Notes under the pieces: generated by a model | Seen by the model: only the letters and a program-made list of their open reading frames with translations | Told to the model about the DNA's origin: nothing | Database searches by the model: none | Made by a program: the position numbers and the translations under genes | Shown: positions 26,375 through 64,000 of the stretch, in pieces | Numbering within the stretch: the stretch's first letter is position 1 | How the letters are laid out: each line of letters opens with the position of its first letter | From: Antedon mediterranea | Taxonomy: Eukaryota; Animalia; Echinodermata | DNA length: 64,000 nt | Direction of reading: 5' to 3' | Assembly (NCBI RefSeq): GCF_964355755.1 | Contig: NC_092671.1 | Location: 14,074,001 to 14,138,000 of the forward strand

Positions 26375-28848
26375 CAAATAATGAATATATAGGTTTGCTA
26401 AAATGATAAGAGAAATGTTTTACCCCATACTACGATTTATAAGGCATGCATACACACATTTTAACAAAATAATTATAAGAAAAACCCATATTACAATAAC
26501 AACCAATAAGAAATTCAATGCAAGTTTCCAATTAAATTAAATCATATTTTTTTGTAAGCTAATAAACAAAAAATTATCACGATGCTTTAATAGAGATAAT
26601 TATTGATCATATTTTAGGTAGTGAAACATAATTATTGCAAATATGTATTCCACAATTATTTCCAACGCTGGTTTTCATTCAAATTTTCAAAATCATTGCT
26701 AATTAAAATAAATTGCTTTTTATGTTTGCCGTTTGTTAAACTTAATTTCTGGAAACATTTTCTAAATTCAGAAAAATTTGGGTTACTGTTTGTTGGCACA
26801 ATTTACTTTTGAAAGACACTTCTTATTGCACAACTAAAACAACAAAACAAACGGTTTTAGTTCATCAAAATCTTCCGTGGGTTCAGTTCATTTTGTAGAA
26901 AATTTATTCAGCAATATAATTTTATTTCTTTTCATGGAAAAATTTAATTTCTCTTACAAAATTTTATTAATAAAATCTTGGCAATTGGGTAAGTATAATG
27001 GACTCCATGTTAAAACAAAATTATATATTATTATTACAGTACTATAAAACTTAAGTTAGTAAATTAATTGTTGATATAATACCATTTACAGTAGTTCAGT
27101 TTGGTTAAATTTGCAACCAACAACCAACAGAAAACAAATCTTTTCTAAAATTGAAATATCTGATATTTTTTCAAACAGTACATACAGTACATTTGCTCTA
27201 TATTATTATAGTTCAAATAATTTCTCTACTATTTTGTACTTACTGTATGTGTTGTACTGTAAATACACATGATTTAAAGCTTAGAGAAACCTTAACTAAC
27301 AAAGATATTTCTTCTACAAGGTTTTTATTGTTTGTAAAGCCTAATGCAATACTATAAATATAATTTGTCACCCTTATACATACCCTTTCCACATCTGCAA
27401 AAAGTAACAAGTTGTAACCAAGTTTGCCTAGTGTGAAGACAATTTGTTGAAAATCTACTGTATCAGAAAACACACTGATGAGGTGCCTGTTTTTTGTTTC
27501 GGGATGTCCAGAGTTTTACAGCGCATATCCAATTGCCCTGCCCAAATAGCGGCCAAACTATACTTTCTCCCGAGATTTCTGAGGTTCACGTATGTGTGTA
27601 TGAAAACATGTAAAAAATCAGGAGATCAAAGTATGTTACAACTTGTACAAGTTTGTAACAATTTATGCAGATGTGGAAGGGTATTATCATATATCTTCTT
27701 CTATGTCATTTTATATACACATATTAATAATCCTTATTTTCATTAAAATTTACAAGAGAGTCCTTACCAAATGTTAATTAGAAATGCGAATCCTGAAAAT
27801 CCATTACCGTATAAATTTAATTATTTTGATTTATTCATAACTTGCATATTTTTTATCAATCATTAAATGTTGTAGATTATTCTAATATTATGAGATTACT
27901 GGCAATGTTCTATTCACAATACTTAAGAATTTATAATATAGGCACCAATGTTTGTCAAAATCTTTTTAAAACATTAAAAACAAATAACTACACCAAAATG
28001 CAAGTTTTAATTAAATAACACTATTTACACTCAATTCACTATGCCATCATATTGTACACATTATTAAACACCACTATGCACAATGATGATATAGTGTATT
28101 ATAGAGAAAACTTTAATATAAAAATACTTATATAAATTTACTTATAAACTATATAATACACGATACTATTAAGAATTAGCTGTACTTATCACATAATGAA
28201 AAAACATAAAAAAATGTAGTCAAATTCTTTACAAAATTCAATGCAATGACAACATTCATTATAATTACAAATAGATCTGGTTGTTTGAACTATTTAGCTT
28301 AGTTTTACTGGATACAACATTAAGAATTGGTGCAGTAGAACGCATTCATTGAACATCATACAACATTGTTGAATAATCGCGCAATACGACAGGCATCATT
28401 GCATATTAACACGTACAGTTGTGAATGTTCTCTTAAACATTCAAATGTTACTAAGCATAAAACGGTCATCACATAACTACACAATTTGCTAATAAAGGCA
28501 TTAAAGCATTTCGATATAACTATTACAACTTGATTACTGTAAAGCCATTGTGTGACTCTAAATCTTAGCAATTTTACAAATCAAAAATTGATTCTATTTT
28601 GTTCATAACTGGAAAATTCCCATACTGTTTATCAAAGCCTTCAAAAAATATATACATCTTATGAACACTTGTATATAAACAATGGTATATTCCGAGTAAA
28701 GCCAATGTACTTTTGGTAGACATGAAAAAACCACAGAACCAACTAACAGACAGTATATCTAGTACAGATGGAGCCTCTATTCTGTACTGTATAATTATGC
28801 ACTATTTACAGGTTTTATATAGACAATTTTGTGGAATTTAGCTAAGCC

Positions 28849-52778
<23,930 letters not shown>

Positions 52779-53149
52779 CTACAAAATAAATCATTGCCAT
52801 TAATCATGCTGTTATGGTACGTACACTATAATATAAAATTTTTAAAATGGATCATCTGAGTCTGCAAAAACATTTACTGGTTTTTAAATACCTGTAGCAA
52901 GACAAACATACAGTAACGATTCTCAAATTTTAAAATTCTTTTAATTGTTCAATTTATTCACTTTGAGTGAACATAATTGAATGTATAGTATGCAATAATA
53001 TTGCTTTTATTTTACTGTAGAAAATGATACAAGCTTTTCCAAAATTGAAAACCTTCCTAGTGTACTTGCTTAAATTTCAGAATGCATTGTATGAATGACG
53101 TTTTTAAATTAATTACAAAAAACAATTTTTTTCTCAATATTCTCAATAC

Positions 53150-53565
53150 ACTGAAGAAGCGAACGTTACAGGGCACCAAGAGCAATCTACAGAAGATGGA
53201 ATTTTCAGTCTCCTGTTCTCAAATAGAGATGTTGAAAATATCGTCGGTGCAACTACACTAAAAGACTATATACATGTTCACTACCTGAAGTACATAGCCC
53301 ATATCTGCCGAGAACCAAATAACTCATTAACAAAACAAATGCTCTTTGCACAAGCCTGAAAACCATAGTATCGTGACCCCTGGATTAAATTAAGCAATCT
53401 CCTTCAGTGCGATCCTAGTCAAGCTAAGAAGCCAACCCAGTCAAGGAAGCCATTCAACAGTCAGACCCAGCATATAATATTTGGATGCTAGAGAAGACTG
53501 CCTCTTGGATGCGACTGGCATCAGTGGGAGGAACGAAACTGTAAACTGTACTGAATACTGTAAAC
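53150..53565 (+). mobile_element. RTE-clade LINE 3' remnant
   Basis: FSNRDVENIVG...LKYIAHICREPNNSLTKQMLF resembles the RTE C-terminal LRWxGHVxR..LPKQxL motif; ACTGTAA-like tail. Confidence 0.55.
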
Positions 53566-55107
53566 ACAAAATGTATCATCATCCTCATATCTGCTATACA
53601 CAGAGCTAAATACTTAGAACATATTCTAAACATACACCCAGTTTCTATATACAAAATTCTCGTTTCCAATTAGATTCATTTGCCTAATTGAACTCTGTGT
53701 ATATTTTTCATCTAATCAGCTCATTTTAACTTTCTCTTGATAGATTACCAGACTAACGCAATTTACTTTGTGGAATTGTTTACATTTCACCGTAACCATA
53801 CGACTGTTATAAATCGTGATAACTTCTTTGGAATTTCAATGGGCACTTGAAGTGGATAAGGCAGCCAGGGTGTATAATATTTAGAAAATATTGAGCTTAT
53901 CATTCAAGACAGGCGTATAGCCGGCCATACATTCTATAACAAATTCGTCCAGGGTGGTAATTTACATTACTACAAGGGTGGGTGTCAAAACATTAAGTGG
54001 CAAATTTGAGGTCAAAATTAAGCATACCTGTATATATGTCTGCCGTGCACAAATACATTTAAGCTATTTTGTAAAAAACTATGTAATTTTGCATTGTTTA
54101 ATGATGAAATATGACATTGACAAGAAAACACAATTTTTTGTTTTATTTGTGTATAATTTTTTTTCTTCTAAATTCTTAATTTTGATATAAAAAGCTTATA
54201 TTATTATTAGGGCAATATCATCATAAATAATTAATCTTTTTGGTGATTATAACATTTTTATCCTATATTCAATGTTTTACAGCAACTATTTGGTGATTAA
54301 AATAATGGAAGCTATCAATATACTTATAATAAATAATCATGTCACCATTTATACATACACACACACTGTAAAACTGCAATGCATTAAAATATTGATGGAA
54401 GAATCAGTAGGTGCACGTTCACAAATGAATCACGATCAGTAATCAAGCACATGATAAATCCTGTGCATCATGATCTTTTTTTATTGATTGATTTTTACTT
54501 TTCCTTTTTTTTCTTTATCCTAATTTCTTTTTTAATGCTGAGCTAGTGTCTTTTAAATTACAACATAATTTGGTCTACCTGGCTTTGGTAGCCAGTGGCA
54601 GAACTCATAATAAAGTAGAATTTCGCTTAATCCTATTAGTATTGACTTAAAATTAAAATGGAATTTATTTTTAGATTTTAGAAGTGTAATTGATTTTTTC
54701 AAAGCCTAATGTGAGTGAGTGGTGAATACGGCCACAGGACTTGGCTACAGGACTTGGCTACCATATCAGGACATCAGAGATTACTTTAACATTAATTTAT
54801 ATATTAGTCCATACTGTATGATTGAAATACTGTATATAATCAATTGTCTTTAAATGTTGTCATACATTTCTTAAAACATATCACCCAAGAAATACTGGGA
54901 TAATTCAACCTCTCCTCCATCCAATTCTGCATACTAAACAAATTGGTTGGAATGTTATTTTATGGCCCAGCATGTATCATATGATGATGTAAAGTTCACA
55001 TGCGCATGTGGTAATAGAATAATATGTCATATTATGATATGAAAGATACAGTTATGAATTAAGTTAGGAAAACAAGTCAATGCCTTTGAAATTTCTGTTT
55101 TGTAAAT

Positions 55108-55255
55108 TGGAATGAAATTAAAAGTCACACCGATGTAGATAATGCCCTAAATGATTATGAGTACAGGTTTCTTTAATTTAGCTAACAATCATGCCCCACT
55201 TAAAAAGATACAAATTCGTCATAAAAAATCTCCATGGATGACAGACCAACTGTTT
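55108..55255 (+). mobile_element. CR1/L2-group LINE ORF2 fragment
   Basis: HAPLKKIQIRHKKSPWMT motif (region between endonuclease and RT), frameshifted. Confidence 0.55.
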
Positions 55256-55621
55256 ATTAAACTTACTAGTTTAAATGGAGTTGAAGATGTACAGTAGTAA
55301 TATGATGTTCTTTAAATCTTGGCTTTTGGCTTTAAAACTTTGTGCACTTCCAAAAGAAAAGAAACCCTACTGTTTTATTTATATTAATATGTAAATGATA
55401 TACTATATTTTGTATTAATTTTAATTATTGCATGAAGGACAAATTGAAAATCTAAATTTAACAATTCAAAAAAAATGTGCGCGTAATACCTTAATTGTTT
55501 TTATTTTAAAATACCGATTAAAGGGATTTTCAATCATGTATTAATTAAATTAATTCAATTGATAAATACAGTATATACCAAAACAAACGTCACTATTTTA
55601 TTATTGCACTCTATATAATTA

Positions 55622-57625
55622 GGTATCCCAATGAAAGCGCACAGAGGGGTATCACTTTTGAAATATTGACGAAATTCGAAAAAGTAGTATGACTTTGATG
55701 TTAAATAAATCGTATTCAATCTTAATTAATACTTACAAAATTTATATTGTTTGAAAGTACTTGTTTTAATCTTTGTATAAGTGTGTTTATAATTAAAATT
55801 AATGAATTAGTTGCCGAGAAAATGCGATTTTAAAACGGTTCTAAAATCCCGTCGAGCCGATTTCCGCGCGTTGAAAACCTCATCGGAAAATCCCCATCAG
55901 TTTTCAAAACACGATCGCACGATTACCATTGGAGCTAGCGGATTAATTTTTGTTGTATGTTATCAGGCTTTAAATAAGCTTTAATTTGATACGAAAATCG
56001 TCTTCTATAAATAGGTTTTTCGTAACGAAAAGTCAATTTTTGTGACAAAAATCCAATTTTGATTCACCGTTTATGGAAAAATATTATGGATTTTGGTATT
56101 AAATTATAGCTAAATCTACATTGAAATCGATAAAACATAGTTTACAAACGTATTGTGCATGGTAATTGAGCGAACTACATTTTAAAATGGTGCATGAGGC
56201 GTAAATCCCGTTCAAAATTTTAAAGATCCAACCATTATAATCCGGTGAATATTGTAGTGAGTAAAATATTGTACTCTAAAATACGCGCGTGTTTGTTGTG
56301 GCGTTTTCCGTTAAATACATTAATGCACCCTATCAGCGAATGGTACGTTCCATATTTTGAACACGTTGTTTAGTTTTCCTCGCTCGAGTTCGACCGGCTC
56401 GACGCGAGATGTGTGACAGCAGCGATGTCGGAGATTGACATGTCCTTTTCCGTCGTAGAATATCTGGTTTTACACATTAATTTAACAACTTAAAATTGAT
56501 GTAATGTGCGGAAGATTTATTATGCAAGTATACAATGCAAATGCGTTAGGTTAAAATGTACCGAGGAAATTTATTAAGCTAATTTACCAACGTTACATTT
56601 GACTCTGTATACGGCGGCCGAAAGTCATTAACTGCGACCGAAATACTTTAACGGAGCGACTACTGATCGCGAGTAAGCCGTGACTTGGCCTAAACTTTAG
56701 CTCCGTATTTCAATTTAATAACGTAATAATACGAAAAGAAAACAATTTTTATAATGTTATATATACTATTCAGGTAAACAATTAATTGTTTTAATTAACA
56801 TTGATTATTTTAAATGAGTTTATTTTGACCCATATTGTGCGTTTGCCTTAAAAGAGCATATCTTATTTAGCTTAGATTTGGTGTCATAATCATATGGGCC
56901 TAAAATCTTGTTTTACGTATTCAAAAGTTATATATAATAGTATTTATGATTGAAATTATAAATATAAAGTATATTGAAATATTCTAATAATTATACTTAC
57001 CGAAAATTAGTGTAAAAGAAAGGAAACAGTACACACCGTTTTTAACATACTTTTTCATTTTTTCTTTTTATAATTTTAAATTTCACCATTAAAAAATTTT
57101 TTTTTTTTTCATATACACATCTAAAATATATTTATTAATGAAATATACACTACATTCTAACAAGTACAAAAAAAATTAAATGAATTAGTACAGTAGTTCA
57201 AAAGTTACAGATCATTGAAAAATTGCAGTTTTTTCATTTTTTAGGGAATTCCAGCAAAAATGGGCGTTAAATGCTTTCCTACCACTTTGCGGACCAATAA
57301 TTTAAAAAATAGGTTTCGTTGAGGCTCCAAAAAAAATAGAGTTGTACAACTCTGTGATATCTATAGGTTTAACAAAATTCAAAACTTTTAACTAATTATT
57401 GTAAAAGTTATAACCTTTTAAAAATGCTTCCAATTTCAACTGCAAAAAACACCATTTTTAGGCAAAAAATCGTATATTTTTTTACCACTTTAAATAACCA
57501 TAACTTTAGAACGGGTAATCGGATTTCAATCATTTAAATCGCAAAATGCTAATTACATTAAGTTCTTTATGGTTAACTGAAAGAAAATGTAAAAAAATTA
57601 ATCTGAATTTTTTCATTGGGATACC
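55622..57625. mobile_element. 2.0-kb non-autonomous DNA transposon
   Basis: Perfect TIRs GGTATCCCAATGAAA / TTTCATTGGGATACC flanked by TA; CpG-richer interior; no long ORF. Confidence 0.85.
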
Positions 57626-57740
57626 TAATATAATACATTGCTCAGATTGCCAAAACAAATACATCATTACAGTAGTACTGTACTGTATAATAATATATAT
57701 ATTAAGTAAAAATATTATAATTGGATATCACTGTTGTCAT

Positions 57741-57925
57741 TAAAGCGTGGTTCCCACTAGCGACGCAATGCAAGGACGTAACGCAACGCAAATGAATTGA
57801 CCAATCACAAGCGATGGCTTATTCGCTTGTGATTGCTAACTGTCTAGAACTTCGCTTGTCATTGGTTAAAACGCTTGCGTTGTGTTTACGTCCCTGCGTT
57901 ATGTTCTAGTGGGAACCAAGCTTAC
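57741..57925. mobile_element. Palindromic MITE (PIF/Harbinger-like)
   Basis: AAGCGTGGTTCCCACTAG ... CTAGTGGGAACCAAGCTT, nearly fully self-complementary. Confidence 0.8.
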
Positions 57926-60900
57926 GAGAGAATCATAGAGACACCAGTTCAGAATAAAACATGAGATGTTTTTTATATACTGTACTGTGCATTATGTTAT
58001 TTTTATTCATTGATGTGATGATTTAATAATTAATAATATATAGTAAGTAGATAAGACAAGTTAAGAATCTACGAACTTTCGTTCATGGTAATAATTTTTT
58101 GTTGACAATAATAAATTTTGATCATATATAAGCTACAGTCAGTTAGTTTTTATGGCTGCTGTAGTTTCATGTCCAGGATATGAAATTTAGCTGATTTTAG
58201 CTGTATCAATTAATAAAATCATATGGCTCCAAAATGTTATGAGGGGGAGGACAAACAGACACCATTTTTAACATTTGGTCTTATACTGATTAGTTCATTA
58301 CTCTTTTGTTAATTTTTTATGTAAACTACACTTGTTTATGCAGAATTTCATGTGTTTCTTACAAAACATACTTGTCATTCATTACCATGTTCACTTTCTT
58401 TAAAAGATGCAAAGCCATTGAAAAGTTCAACCAATAAAACACATCTCTGGCTCTAGCATGTTTAGTAGAACATCTCAACAATGCTTATACAGAATCATGA
58501 ATGCATTGGATAAATGAGAGCCTAGGGCAATTCAGAAAACATCTTTTTTAAAGCCAATATGTAGATTCTCTGGTAACGCATCTATCAGGCTTACCATACT
58601 TATTTTAATCCACTTTCAAATTCCAATTGTCAAGGCTGGTAAAGATTAAACAGCAGTAAAGATGGATTTGGCAAAGAAATAGGCTCATCCGTGTGAACCA
58701 TTATTCATTAAACTGATAATATCTTGTCTTATCTAGTAGACAGCAATATTCAGCTCATCTGACAGTTCATCTGTTTTACTTGCTGTATCTAAATCTTACA
58801 CGATTGTCAACGTATTTGTAAAACTAGCCGTTGTATTTAATTCATGTATTCATAACGTGTGATGATGTATTGTACTTGTCAAGACGTCGACTAGGGAAGA
58901 ACTACAGTATTTGTATTTTGTTGTGTACACTTCATTGAACCTCAACTTCTTATCACGATTTTTTTCAGTTTCATTGAATTTTTATTCAGTACAAAGCGAC
59001 AGGATTATTTTAAATTATACTTCTGATTGACTCAGGAAAGTGAATGACCCACATTTGCTTACAAAATTCTTGCTTTCCCAAATGACATAAACTAAATCAT
59101 TATAAATATTTAATTGCTTATTTTATCCTTACTAATTATATTATCAAATCAGTTTATTATATATTGACATCATTAGTGTACAGTAAGTTGAAAAGGTTCT
59201 CAGAGATCAAGCACAAAAGTTCAATTACGTCATGTGTGTTTACAAAAGATAATATATCATTAGGAAAATATTGGCTAGCAAATTATCTGTTTTTTAATTT
59301 AAAAAGGGAAAGTAATTGGAAACACACTCACAGGTATTTAGATGACGACTCTATTCTAGCCTAATCAAAACATGAGACTTTTCAAATTTATAAAAAAAGG
59401 TTACTTCTTTGCTTGCAGTAAGATTATTACTTGTATTCACCTGCCCTATCTTATATATATAATTCAAAACTTATGGCTTGATTCTGTGTACTGTGACATA
59501 AATACAATCTATGTCATGACCTTAATGAGCTTAATGATATTTTGAGCACAATTTTATGCTAAATTATGAATTTATGAATTCTAAAATAAAAGATTGTATA
59601 ATTCCACAAAGTGAAGTCTTATGATTGCTACTAATTCTTTAAATTAAACTGTTTTACATTTGCAAATCTTTTGATAGGAATTTAAAGACAGTAGTGTAGT
59701 TAAATAGTTTATAATACATAAGCTTTAAATAGTCATAAAAACATCATGATTGTTCTATTATTCTTTTAGGGGTGTTCTTCTTCAGCATTATAGTATTATC
59801 TATCTTTTACCAGGAAGTTATTTTACATTTCCCTGGGTTTTTTTTACCGTAGCCAACATTTATTGCAAAACTTTAACTTATTTTGAATCCTTACTTATAA
59901 ATCGCTTACTGCACAGTGTACTGTACAACTGTAATAACTTTTAAAATAAATATTCTGGTCTATGGCACAATCTTGGTTTATGAACATAGAAATCATACAT
60001 TTTCAAGAAACCTCCAATTTTACAATGCTTTTCAATTTTATTAACATTTTAATACAATATGTTGTTTGTATTGATTGATTGGGGAGAATATTTTCATTCA
60101 TCAAAGATGAACAGAAAACCATCGTAATATTTTGTATTAAAACTGTTTACTGTTTATACAATTAATCCACTGCTTCCATCTTTAATTAATGTCAAAAGCT
60201 ACAGTAGGCAGAATGCTAGGCCATTTATAAGGCAGTGCTTGGATTTAGCCACAGAGAAGATGATGGTACACACTACAGGTTGGCACTGGAGATCAATAAA
60301 GGCAATAACCTTATCATGGAATTCTGGATCTTGGTCCAGAATTTTTGCATACCACTTTAATTCAACCTATATCTTGGAATTCTATTTTCTAAAATTTGGT
60401 AGCGATTATAATAAAATTATAACCATCCGCAAGTAACTGATGAGGATATTGGCTTACGAACCCAAATTGGATTATCAACGCATTAATGATTACAATTTGG
60501 TTGGAGACTACTGCAAGTCTATCGCATTTTAAATAGTACGAAAAGTATCATTACAAGCCAGCCAATCATTAGTATTGTTTGATGTTCTTTATTAAGATTT
60601 AAAAAGTATTATATTCCACTTTATCCAAACTTTAAATCATGCAGACATTTGGCATCATGGTTGTAGGTGATTTTTGGAAGCTTGGTTTAAAAAAAGAATA
60701 AGCTTATACCACCTATAAATTTATGGTTTCATATTTTCGAGGTCACATATAATTAGCATCACCCACCAATCTTTTCTTGAGACCTATGCCACATCAATAC
60801 AAAACCAAACTCTGTAACAGTAAGTCTGAACAGGACCTTGTTAATGTTAGGCCTACATAATACAATCAGTTTACAGTCTCAAAAAAGGCATAAATCTATA

Positions 60901-61689
60901 GTCATATAGCTTGGAAGAAATCGTGATTTATTTCCTCCACTGTCATGAGAACAATTTGAATCATCAGAAATAGGTTAACTTTATTTACATCTTCAAAAAA
61001 ACAAACATACTGTATCCCTTGGAAGGTATCTAGACCTTTTATATGCAAGATGTACAATCAAAGAAACTTACTGTAGTGTATTGAGCTTTGTGTTAGCTAT
61101 TGAATTGATGGAACTCTGATTTATCTTTGTGTTTTCAGTACAATAATAAGTTTGTAAAAAATCACAACCGACCTTGTCGCTCCACAATTTAAGCTTTTGA
61201 AAAATTTCACCCACATATGTATGCGCGTGTTATGAAGCCAAATAACAATAAGTAATTGTTCCTCTACGCTTTTGAATGCCGGCAAAGCTAATTATTAAGT
61301 ATTTATTTTCTTATGATTCTATTATTCATTTATAGCCTTCCAGGTGCCTTGCGAATAATATAAAAACATCGTATTGTTAGATAAATAGGTACATGTATTT
61401 TGGAATTTATCAGCAAGTAAGTTCGGCATGTGGCTAACTTAAAATGAAAGTCCAGATTATTTTATAGAGACCACTCGTTTTCAAAATATTTTAAATACAA
61501 ACATATTGTTGACACCTGATTTTCCTAAGGTAATATTTTTTAAATCACACTGTATCTCTAATAAAAGGATTTCTTATTTTAATATTTTATATCAAAATAC
61601 AGAGAAAAAACCATGTAATACAGTAAAAAGGAAGGAAATAAATGTAGAATGATGGAAATAAATGATTTGATTAGCGGTACAATCTCAAA

Positions 61690-62533
61690 GGGCCTGTTTC
61701 TGCAGAGCAGAAATAATCGATTATAAACCGTTTATTTTTTTAATCGATTATTTTTGGGCAGCAGAAACGGCGCAAAATAAAATAACCGATTAAAAATACA
61801 CTCAATCCATTGCGTGTTTTAATCGATTATTTCTTGTTTTAACCGATTATTGTGGAGCAGTTTTGAGCTGCAACACAAATACCGATTATTGACCCCACTT
61901 TGACCTCTAGAGTATGGCAAACTCATTCACGTCTCAAAGCATGCTGTTTATTTGCGCGATATCGACGACGATCAGCAAAACAACAATCGCGATGTAGACC
62001 GAATAACAATCAAATGTTAAACATTTGATTTTTATTATTTTGTGGGGGAGAATTATACCGAGAGAATCCAGGATTCTGTGTTACAAGTACACCGCTACAT
62101 CCCACCAATCCAGGCTAACGATGTTTTACATGTCCTTTTTTAGGCCTGTTGACTTGTTTCGGTAGAAATATAGCCTTAATAGGCCTAGCAGGCCGAAGGT
62201 AGAACCAACGAACGGCGAAGCGAACTTTTCTCGCCGACATCATTATTCTGTTGTATGTGGTACGGTAGTAGGCCTAGATGTTATTTTACAAATAATAGCT
62301 TAATCCTACATGTGAGAGTTTTAGGCAGTGATAGGATGTAAACAAACCAACTCTCATCGGCCTTCCATAACTTGAACTGCGCTGTGGGGGAATGATGACG
62401 TGATTTTAAAAACCAATTACCTGAATAACCGACTTAAAGTCGTAGCAATTTTCAATTGCAACGCGATTACTTTTGTGGTTTGCGGTGACTGGAAAAAATC
62501 AATTATTTTGATTTTTTCAGCAGAAACAGACCC
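61690..62533. mobile_element. PIF/Harbinger-like non-autonomous element
   Basis: GGGCCTGTTTCTGC / GCAGAAACAGACCC TIRs, 3-bp AAA duplication, repeated AAYCGATTA subterminal motifs. Confidence 0.75.
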
Positions 62534-62647
62534 AAAGAGATCTCGTTCGAAAAATATCATTGCTAATAAAAAGGATTTCAAGAATGTTTTTGACAAAACT
62601 GATACTGCTAACCTCACAAGTGCTGTATAATATTTCTTAAACTAAAA

Positions 62648-64000
62648 CTAGACATGTAACTCGTCACTTTGACGAGTTTGGTTATCCGCCGCGCAAGTGG
62701 TGCAACATTAACATTAAGGAGATAGGTTGAGGACAAAAGGAAGTGTTCACGTTGGCATTATGACCTGAACTGAAGAATATGATATGTTGTTATTGCTGAA
62801 TTTTATTATTTAAATTCATATATAGTATACACAGTATAATCTGTATCCATATCACATACAGTGACATACAGTGTAGAATAGGTGAAATTACGGGACCCGC
62901 TATTTATTGCAATTTTTAACATGTTGACGGTTTTAAAATGAAACGCGAAGGTAGAAATTCCGAAAGGAAAATATCTCAGCAACAACGTATTAGCGTGTAG
63001 AAGAAATTTGAATACGTGAAATATTGATGCGCGCTCTTTTAAATGTAATGAATTATGACGCAAAAGATGAAAATACGACCTTTTTTATTTAACTGGCCAT
63101 ATGATGACGTCACAACATCCGATGGGCAACATTTTTACATAATTTCGTATCTACAATCCAATAGCTTCCAGAAAAAGTTTTAATCGTGATTATCACATTT
63201 TATTCTTACGAGCTATAACAGATTAAAATTTACTGTAAAGATGAAATTGATGCCACACGTGATTTAAATTTTTAGGCATGATGACGTCAAAAAAATTAAA
63301 ATATTTTTAACTCATGCGAAAGATAATTGATTGACCTAGACAATATCAAAATGGGGGTGAAAATGGAAAACGAATAAGTGAAGATGCGCTCTATTCAATG
63401 TGATGAGCTATGACGAAAGATACAAAAATCCTAAATTTTATATTCGCGTGGCCATACGATGACGTCACAATGTCCGGTTAGCCATATTAATACCTGATCC
63501 GATACCTACAACTCATCTACTTCCAGAATATGTCATCCACAAAAAGTTGACCGTCTAGTTTAGAAATTACGACTGTTTAAAAAAAGGCATATTTTAAACA
63601 AATTTTTTAACCTTTTCGTAAAAAACGCGCGCAAATTGTCCAATTCGACGTGCTCGTATGACGTATCTTTTAGTCGAAATTGTTTAAAATTTGGTAAAAT
63701 TACTAGAAAAGGCTGGAAAAACATAAATCACGTGAAAAAAATACGTTTTCAATGCTACGTGCGCACCGCACACGTAAAAATGTGCGCACGCGTGGGAATT
63801 TTTGACATGCTTAAAACGACATGAAACGCGTAGAAAGTTGATTAGAAATTAATTTTGCGCATTTTGAAATTTTAAATGCGCATGCGCGCGTAACTTTGTG
63901 TAAAACACGCAATTTTTTTTCAACAGAAAGTTAGCGCATGATATAGATTAAACTTTTGCAAAGTTTCACTTTAAAATGTTATTTGGTTTTCGACATATGT
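62648..64000 (-). mobile_element. Helitron-like element, 3' end (continues beyond the window)
   Basis: Minus strand ends in a 9-bp hairpin AACTCGTCA-AAG-TGACGAGTT, then ACATGT-CTAG|T; interior is CpG-rich with repeated GATGACGTCA motifs. Confidence 0.7.

Noticed and set aside
27475-27510. Other CTGATGA hammerhead-core matches (also ~21859, ~47158, ~60437)
   Set aside because: No stem II followed by GAAA.
52779-64000. EGFR signal-peptide and L1-domain exons
   Set aside because: No convincing L-domain exon found; donor-like sites (e.g. ~61051) gave non-homologous peptides. These exons probably lie beyond the window.

Overview
AT-rich animal (invertebrate-type) genomic DNA with two convergent genes. 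On + is an Ikaros/Pegasus/Hunchback-family zinc-finger gene: a single coding exon 5976-7655 and a probable non-coding exon 5406-5474. On - is an EGFR/ErbB receptor tyrosine kinase, for which I rebuilt 26 in-phase GT-AG exons by hand (52778 down to 28849, about 1,120 codons); its 5' exons (signal peptide, L1 domain) were not found in the window. Introns and intergenic DNA carry many MITEs, a Helitron end, LINE/SINE remnants and minisatellites. Most notable: (1) the EGFR appears to lack the domain II dimerisation arm and has atypical juxtamembrane and kinase-loop residues; (2) a ~285-bp palindrome made of two head-to-head tRNA-like genes with an ATC anticodon; (3) two convergent Penelope-type hammerhead ribozyme motifs; (4) a 119-bp locally templated insertion flanked by a 16-bp duplication; (5) a splice-created uORF overlapping the zinc-finger start codon. 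All calls come from manual reading with no database search, and human EGFR comparisons are from memory.
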